From a candidate division WOR-3 bacterium (GTDB taxonomy: Bacteria; Hydrothermota; Tepidihabitantia; Tepidihabitantales; JAOUPE01), in contig JBDRUX010000036.1 of assembly GCA_039801565.1 (NCBI GenBank), positions 1 to 21,689 of the forward strand: a stretch of DNA of 21,689 bases. The letters are read 5' to 3'. Within the stretch, counting starts at the first letter, position 1, and each line of letters starts with the position of its first letter. Below the pieces are notes generated by a model. It saw nothing but the letters and a program-made list of their open reading frames with translations. It had not been told where the DNA came from and did no database searches. Made by a program: the position numbers and the translations under genes. Shown here one piece after another: positions 16,765 to 21,689 of this stretch.

Positions 16765-18231
16765 TTATCGGTCGAGGAGAGCTTTCGAAGTTAAGTTATT
16801 CGCGCGAATGATGTAAACACCGCGGGTCAGTTTTCGACCGTTATTATCAGTACCATCCCAGTAGAGATTGGAATTAACATTCTTAATTAAGTCACGAACC
16901 TTAGCACCGCTGATGTCATAAACACTAACGGTTATTGGTTCTTTCACTTCGGTTAAGAAGCGGATTTCGGTTCGGTTAGTAAATGGATTGGGAGTCAAAG
17001 TAAAGAATGGCGAATTTGGTAATGGAACAGTTTTACCACTGCCACCATTGTAAATTAGCCAAAGGACGTGGGTTGTCGCATTATTACAGATATTATCAAA
17101 AACATCTTTCATTGCATTGAGTATCTCGGTCGGTGTGTTGGAAGTGTAACCATCAGCCACGCTGAAGATAGAGGCAACCGTTTGCCCTTCCATAAATTCG
17201 CCGGTTTTAGATTTATCATTGTAATACGCATTAAGTAAACTGGGGTCACTTAGACTGTTGAATTTCATCGCTAAGTAGAATTTCAAGAATCGGGGCCAAG
17301 CCGGGTTATTGGTTTTAAGAATATTTATTGCTTGTTGAACCGTTGAAACTGTAATAGTAGGGATTGTGACCGGTAGCCATTGGTCAAAGGCTTCCGGATG
17401 ATTCTTCCAATAGCCGGGGGTAAAGGTGTAACCATTCCATTCCGAATCAGGCGGTAGTGTAACATGGAATTCCAAATAAATTGTATCTGCCCAGAAACCG
17501 CATTCATTGGAACCAAAAACATAATCAACTGCCTGATAAGTACCAGAAGTCGCTGACTGGTTAGTTATTGAAACATTAATAGTATGGGAATTACTGCCAG
17601 ATTCGGTCCAAGGACCGTTATAGTCCCAAGTATAACTGAATTCAGAGGGAACATTAAACACATCCCAGACGTGAAGTGTTTCGTTAACGACCGTAGGGGT
17701 AGCGTGGAAATAATTTCGATGCGGTGATTGGAATCTACTGCCATCATCAGTGTAAACCGAAGTTAATGTATAATGTTCCAAAGAGTTAGTTATATCACCA
17801 GTGGTTGTAAAATCAATATGGAAAGGAACAGCGAAGGTCGAACCCGGATTTAAAGTGTAAGAACCGGAAAAAATAACCGAAGCAACGAGTAAAGTTGTAT
17901 CACCGGTTGAAACGTTATGATGATAGATTGAGGTGACGACACTTGTTATTGTTGCCGGGTCAGACCCCGCATTATAGATATCAACATGACCTTCAATGTA
18001 ACATGTATTATATGGGTCACTTCGAGTAACAGCAATTGTAAAAACAACCGGTTCCGCTTCTGGGTCAGGTGCTGGTTCAAATTCAAGATCAGTTCGGTCC
18101 GCGGTCTTGGTGAGCATCCAATCATATGTTGTGTTAGCTCGGCAATAAAAGTCATCGTAAACAGTGAGATTAACTGCCAAGCCCGTCCCGGCAATCAAAA
18201 ACATTGCCAGAGTTATTAAAGGGTACTTCAT
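16765..18231 (-). CDS. Secreted hypothetical protein with a TPGYWKNHP motif and FlgD-Ig/T9SS-like C-terminal domain (488 aa; start moved to ATG 18231)
   Basis: AAGGAGGT precedes ATG 18231. Signal peptide MKYPLITLAMFLIAGTGLA. Thr/Ser-rich beta region. Tail LTPNPF...VYDISGAKVRDL...WDGTDNNGRKLTRGVYII. Confidence 0.85.
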   Translation of the reverse strand: MKYPLITLAMFLIAGTGLAVNLTVYDDFYCRANTTYDWMLTKTADRTDLEFEPAPDPEAEPVVFTIAVTRSDPYNTCYIEGHVDIYNAGSDPATITSVVTSIYHHNVSTGDTTLLVASVIFSGSYTLNPGSTFAVPFHIDFTTTGDITNSLEHYTLTSVYTDDGSRFQSPHRNYFHATPTVVNETLHVWDVFNVPSEFSYTWDYNGPWTESGSNSHTINVSITNQSATSGTYQAVDYVFGSNECGFWADTIYLEFHVTLPPDSEWNGYTFTPGYWKNHPEAFDQWLPVTIPTITVSTVQQAINILKTNNPAWPRFLKFYLAMKFNSLSDPSLLNAYYNDKSKTGEFMEGQTVASIFSVADGYTSNTPTEILNAMKDVFDNICNNATTHVLWLIYNGGSGKTVPLPNSPFFTLTPNPFTNRTEIRFLTEVKEPITVSVYDISGAKVRDLIKNVNSNLYWDGTDNNGRKLTRGVYIIRANNLTSKALLDR

Positions 18232-18303
18232 CAATACCTCCTTTCGATTTGCGGTAAAGAAATACCGTCTTTTTTGTTTTGGGTAACCCTTTGCTTTTAT
18301 ATA

Positions 18304-18331
18304 AATATAAGCATTTATGAGCAAGTGTCAA
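18304..18331 (-). promoter_or_regulatory. Candidate promoter of the 16765-18231 gene
   Basis: TTGACA (18331-18326), 16 nt, TATATT (18309-18304). Confidence 0.6.
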
Positions 18332-18423
18332 GGGAAAATTTGATGGAAAGTGTTAAAATTTTGGTAATTTTAGGTCAAAATTAGGCTTTTTTACCGGCAA
18401 AAGTCGAATTTGTTAAATCGATA

Positions 18424-19671
18424 TTATAAAATATGCGGAGTGATAAAAATGACAACCTCGGTTTCTTGTGCTACCTTTCTAGTGGTTCGAAAGAGTAGCC
18501 CCAAAAATGGAATATCGCCAAGGAATGGAATCTTGCGCATCTCAGTCCTTTCACCTTTTTGGAAGAGTCCACCAATTACAATCTTTTCACCGTCTTTTAC
18601 TCTTACCTGCGTCTTAGCGGAACGGGTATTGAGAATAGGTAGGTTGGTAATTCCTTGTCCAACTACATCGCTTACCTGCGGTGTAACTTCTAAGGTAATT
18701 TCTTTGCCGTCCCTTGAGATATATGGTATGATATCTAATGATATTCCGTATTTAATCATTTGTAGTTGGGTATATTGATAGTTTATTGGTCCGGTTAAAA
18801 TTTCATAGTAAGCCTCGCGACCAACCATTATGCTTGCTTTTTGACCATCTAAGGTGACAATCTTAGGATTAGCCCGAATATTGGCTTTGCCTTGGGTGAC
18901 TAAGGCTTGTAGGGATGGAGTAAAACTGTAGGTGAAACTGCCGAGTGTTTTAGTCACATTACCAAAAATCATTCCAAATGTTGTATCAGCCAATTTGGCG
19001 ATATTAGTTAGCAATTGCAACGAGAAGAGGGTATCATTGCGCCGACTTACCGAACCTGACCAATCAATGCCCAAGGCTTGTAAACCGTCCCTTGATACTT
19101 CGGTGATTAATGCTTCAATTAAGACCTGACGCGGTGGCTTATCAATGGCTGCCACATCGTTTTTAAATCTTTCAATTATTTCCGGGGAAGCGGTAATTGA
19201 AATGACATTGGAATTTTCGTTCACTTTGATGAAAGGGGTATAGTAATCAGAGAGCAGCGAGGCGAGTTCTTTTGCCTTGTAGTAACTTGGTTTGATCTGC
19301 TCCGTTACGGTTAAAAGATAAGAAGCGACATTGTCGGGTTTTGGTGAGCCAACTAAGTAATAGTCTTTAAATCGGCGAAAGGTGAAACCATGGGGGGCGA
19401 GTAACCGCCTTAAACATTCTTCTAATGGCACATCAGTAACTTCTAATGAAACCAAGCCTTGCACCGAACCATCCGGGATAATTGGAATGCCGGCTTGAGC
19501 TGATATGTCGCGTAATGCTTGCAGTATATCCGTATCATAAAACACATTGGTAATCGAAGGTTGGGTTATTGATTCCACTTCGGTGGTCTTGGGAGCGACC
19601 AATTCCTCTTGTTCTAATCCTAAGACCCAGCTAACCAGCAGAATTGTAATTATTGAAAAAACTCTTTTCAT
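18424..19671 (-). CDS. Outer-membrane secretin (PilQ/GspD family) with STN and N3 domains
   Basis: Signal peptide; FYDTDILQALRDIS; IDKPPRQVLIEALITEV; ANPKIVTLDGQKASI; VKDGEKIVIGGL; KIPFLGDIPFLGLLFR...VIFITPHIL. Confidence 0.93.
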   Translation of the reverse strand: MKRVFSIITILLVSWVLGLEQEELVAPKTTEVESITQPSITNVFYDTDILQALRDISAQAGIPIIPDGSVQGLVSLEVTDVPLEECLRRLLAPHGFTFRRFKDYYLVGSPKPDNVASYLLTVTEQIKPSYYKAKELASLLSDYYTPFIKVNENSNVISITASPEIIERFKNDVAAIDKPPRQVLIEALITEVSRDGLQALGIDWSGSVSRRNDTLFSLQLLTNIAKLADTTFGMIFGNVTKTLGSFTYSFTPSLQALVTQGKANIRANPKIVTLDGQKASIMVGREAYYEILTGPINYQYTQLQMIKYGISLDIIPYISRDGKEITLEVTPQVSDVVGQGITNLPILNTRSAKTQVRVKDGEKIVIGGLFQKGERTEMRKIPFLGDIPFLGLLFRTTRKVAQETEVVIFITPHIL

Positions 19672-19700
19672 CGCATCTCCTTTTTGAAATTTATTTATAT

Positions 19701-19729
19701 ATTATACCCAAAAAAAAGGGAAATTGCAA
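19701..19729 (-). promoter_or_regulatory. Secretin promoter with a T8 run in the spacer
   Basis: TTGCAA (19729-19724), 17-nt spacer TTTCCC-T8-GGG, TATAAT (19706-19701); AAGGAG RBS downstream. Confidence 0.7.
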
Positions 19730-19776
19730 GGATTATTTACAACCGATAGGGCTTAGGTAATGTTAGAATGAGTGTC

Positions 19777-19883
19777 GCTGAGATACTAAACCGAGACGGC
19801 TCCGTGCTTCGGTAACCCCGTGGCGAATTTTTTGCCGGGGAACACGATGCAAAGCATATCCGCCGCAGGTAGATTAGCTCAAC
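19777..19883. repeat. GC-rich cluster of nested palindromes (REP-like element or structured RNA)
   Basis: Hairpins at 19790-19813, 19816-19840, 19847-19857 and 19858-19874, enclosed by TGAG...CTAA / TTAG-CTCA. Confidence 0.55.
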
Positions 19884-19891
19884 GCTAACTT

Positions 19892-21025
19892 TCATTTCAT
19901 CGCTTCTGCCTTCTTAAATTCTCGATTTAAAGCAAAGTCAGTTAAAGGAATTGAAGGTTTACCGGTTATGATTAATTCTGCCATTAGTTTACCTAATGCC
20001 GGACCAAACATAAAACCATGCCCACACATTCCAGCCGAAATGTAGAAACCTTCAATTGGACTGCGGTCAACTATTGGGTTACCATCCGGTGTCATCTCAT
20101 AACTACCCGCCCACTGGCGAATAACTTTCAAATTCTTTAGTGCCGGGACCAATCTGACCATTCTTCTTGGCATTTCGGTAAGGAACTCGTCAGTGGCAGC
20201 TAATGATTCACCGGGGATAATTGGGTCAGGCGTATAACAGCCGATGAAGTGTCCGGTTCCATAATTTTGAACAAAATAACAGCCATCGGGTCGGTAATCA
20301 ACTAACATTGGGTCAAAGAGTCGTTCACAAGCCTCGGTTACTAATGATTCGTGCCGTTCCGGGTAAATGGGAAGGTCAAGACCAACCATTTTGCCAATTT
20401 TACGGGCAAATGGTCCAGCGGCATTAATAATAATTGGTGAGAAGAATTCTTCGTTTTTATTAGTGATGACTGAGATAACTCGATTATGGGCAATATTTAT
20501 CTTTTGTACTTCGGTATAAGTGAAGATTTTTCCTTTGAACTTTTTTATTCCGGTTAGATACCCATAAGTAACCAAGAAGGGGTTGGCTTGACCGTCAGTT
20601 GGACAGTAGGCACCGCCAATTAGTCCTTCTGGGTTTAATTGTGGAATAATCTTAAGGCATTCGTCGACTGAGATGAATTCTACTGGTAGTCCGTAGCGTC
20701 GTTGTAGAGTAATGGCGGTTAAATAAGTTTTCTTTTTTTCTTCGGAATGGGCAAGGAATAGGTAGCCGCCCGGAAACCATTGGATTGGTTTGCCAAATTC
20801 TTGGTGAAGATTGGTAAAAATTTTTACACTTTCTTTCATTATTTGAATTGAGAGTTCGTGGCTGAACTGTTGACGAATACCACCGATGCATCTTCCAGTG
20901 GAACCGGAGCAGGGGAATGCTTTTTCAAATAGATAAACCTTTAATCTTTGTTTTGCTAAATAGTAGCCAGTCGCAGCGCCGATGATGCCACCGCCAATTA
21001 TAATTGCATCACAGGTCTTTTTCAT
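19892..21025 (-). CDS. FAD-dependent oxidoreductase, sarcosine oxidase beta / dye-linked proline dehydrogenase beta family
   Basis: IIGGGIIG, GSTGRCIGGIRQQF, DGQANP, RQWAGSYEMTPDGNPI, GMCGHGFMFGPALG. Confidence 0.9.
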   Translation of the reverse strand: MKKTCDAIIIGGGIIGAATGYYLAKQRLKVYLFEKAFPCSGSTGRCIGGIRQQFSHELSIQIMKESVKIFTNLHQEFGKPIQWFPGGYLFLAHSEEKKKTYLTAITLQRRYGLPVEFISVDECLKIIPQLNPEGLIGGAYCPTDGQANPFLVTYGYLTGIKKFKGKIFTYTEVQKINIAHNRVISVITNKNEEFFSPIIINAAGPFARKIGKMVGLDLPIYPERHESLVTEACERLFDPMLVDYRPDGCYFVQNYGTGHFIGCYTPDPIIPGESLAATDEFLTEMPRRMVRLVPALKNLKVIRQWAGSYEMTPDGNPIVDRSPIEGFYISAGMCGHGFMFGPALGKLMAELIITGKPSIPLTDFALNREFKKAEAMK

Positions 21026-21326
21026 TGTGTTTGTCTTGCTTGGAGTTATATTGGCTAAGTACGCCCAAAGGGATTGGTTTTAAAGGAGGACGGGAGGTTG
21101 GTAATTTTATCTTTTCGATTGTGATGCCGGTTTCTTGTTTAATCAGGCGGGCAATAATATTTAGACAAGTTCGACCTTGACAATGTCCCATCCCGCACCG
21201 TAAAATTCGTTTTAATTCTTCTAAACTATGATGGCCTTGTCTAATTGCCTGAACTATTTCGTCTTCGGTTATCTCTTCGCACCGACAGATTATCGTCAAT
21301 TTACGACTTTTTCTTTTCGGTTTCAC
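21009..21326 (-). CDS. BFD-like (2Fe-2S)-binding protein
   Basis: IICRCEEIT...KRILRCGMGHCQGRTC...RPP; overlaps both neighbours. Confidence 0.88.
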   Translation of the reverse strand: MKPKRKSRKLTIICRCEEITEDEIVQAIRQGHHSLEELKRILRCGMGHCQGRTCLNIIARLIKQETGITIEKIKLPTSRPPLKPIPLGVLSQYNSKQDKHNEKDL

Positions 21327-21689
21327 TCGAATTTAAATATTCTATTCCAAGCCCAATTCAACATCGGGCTTAAAAAATCGCGTTTCGGTTTAGGTAGAAA
21401 TATTATTTTTGGTTCTTTCGCCTCTGCCTTTTGTTTAGCGAAGTCAAGGGCTGCCAAGAGTCCACCCAAAGTATCAACCAGCCCATTTTCCTTGGCTTGG
21501 TTACCGGTCCAGACTCGACCTTGTCCAATCGAATCAATATAGTCATAGGTCTTATTCCTGCCTTTAGCAACTTTTTGGATAAACTGGTGATAGAAATCTT
21601 GGGTTGCCTTTTTTAGCATTTGATGTTCTTCAGCAGTGAGTTTCCGATGGGGTGAGAAGGCATCGGAATGCTCGCCCCGTTTCATAACC
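21323..21689 (-). CDS. sppA: Signal peptide peptidase SppA (S49), C-terminal part, cut by the window edge
   Basis: KRGEHSDAFS, FYHQFIQKVAKGR, IGQGRVWTGNQAKENGLVDTLGGL. Confidence 0.88.
   Translation of the reverse strand, partial: VMKRGEHSDAFSPHRKLTAEEHQMLKKATQDFYHQFIQKVAKGRNKTYDYIDSIGQGRVWTGNQAKENGLVDTLGGLLAALDFAKQKAEAKEPKIIFLPKPKRDFLSPMLNWAWNRIFKFE

Noticed and set aside
322..19671. Diversity-generating retroelement or invertase-driven variation of the secreted proteins
   Set aside because: No reverse transcriptase, recombinase or near-identical template/variable repeat pair was seen in the window.
663..21616. Remaining short antisense or out-of-frame ORFs in the six-frame track
   Set aside because: They lie mostly within well-supported genes or regulatory gaps and show no motif or RBS.

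Overview
AT-rich bacterial chromosomal window. The repertoire (C-terminal 'PNP...G(I/V)Y' sorting-type domains on secreted beta-propeller proteins) resembles FCB-group relatives such as candidate division WOR-3; that taxonomy is an inference. Left to right: (1) a minus-strand two-gene unit, a secreted beta-propeller gene (4780-5829) followed by a ~4.45-kb gene (4770-322) that the ORF track shows as three ORFs. It reads as one ~1,480-aa secreted protein (M23-type peptidase, CARDB-like Ig, a sandwich domain with a 16-Cys insert, CARDB-like Ig, six kelch blades, seven TolB/PD40 repeats, FlgD-Ig/T9SS-like tail) broken at three sites. (2) hutI overlapping a DUF123/GIY-YIG gene. (3) An aldehyde dehydrogenase. 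(4) An SBBP-repeat secreted protein. (5) A phoH-ybeY-CNNM-CNNM-recO-queH operon. (6) A third secreted protein with a sorting-type tail. (7) A stand-alone secretin. (8) The end of an sppA-(2Fe-2S)-FAD oxidoreductase operon. No RNA genes, CRISPR arrays or transposases were recognised. The strongest observations are the broken giant peptidase with its lesion signatures and Cys insert, its pairing with the propeller gene behind a structured leader, and the lone secretin with an 8-nt homopolymer in its promoter spacer.
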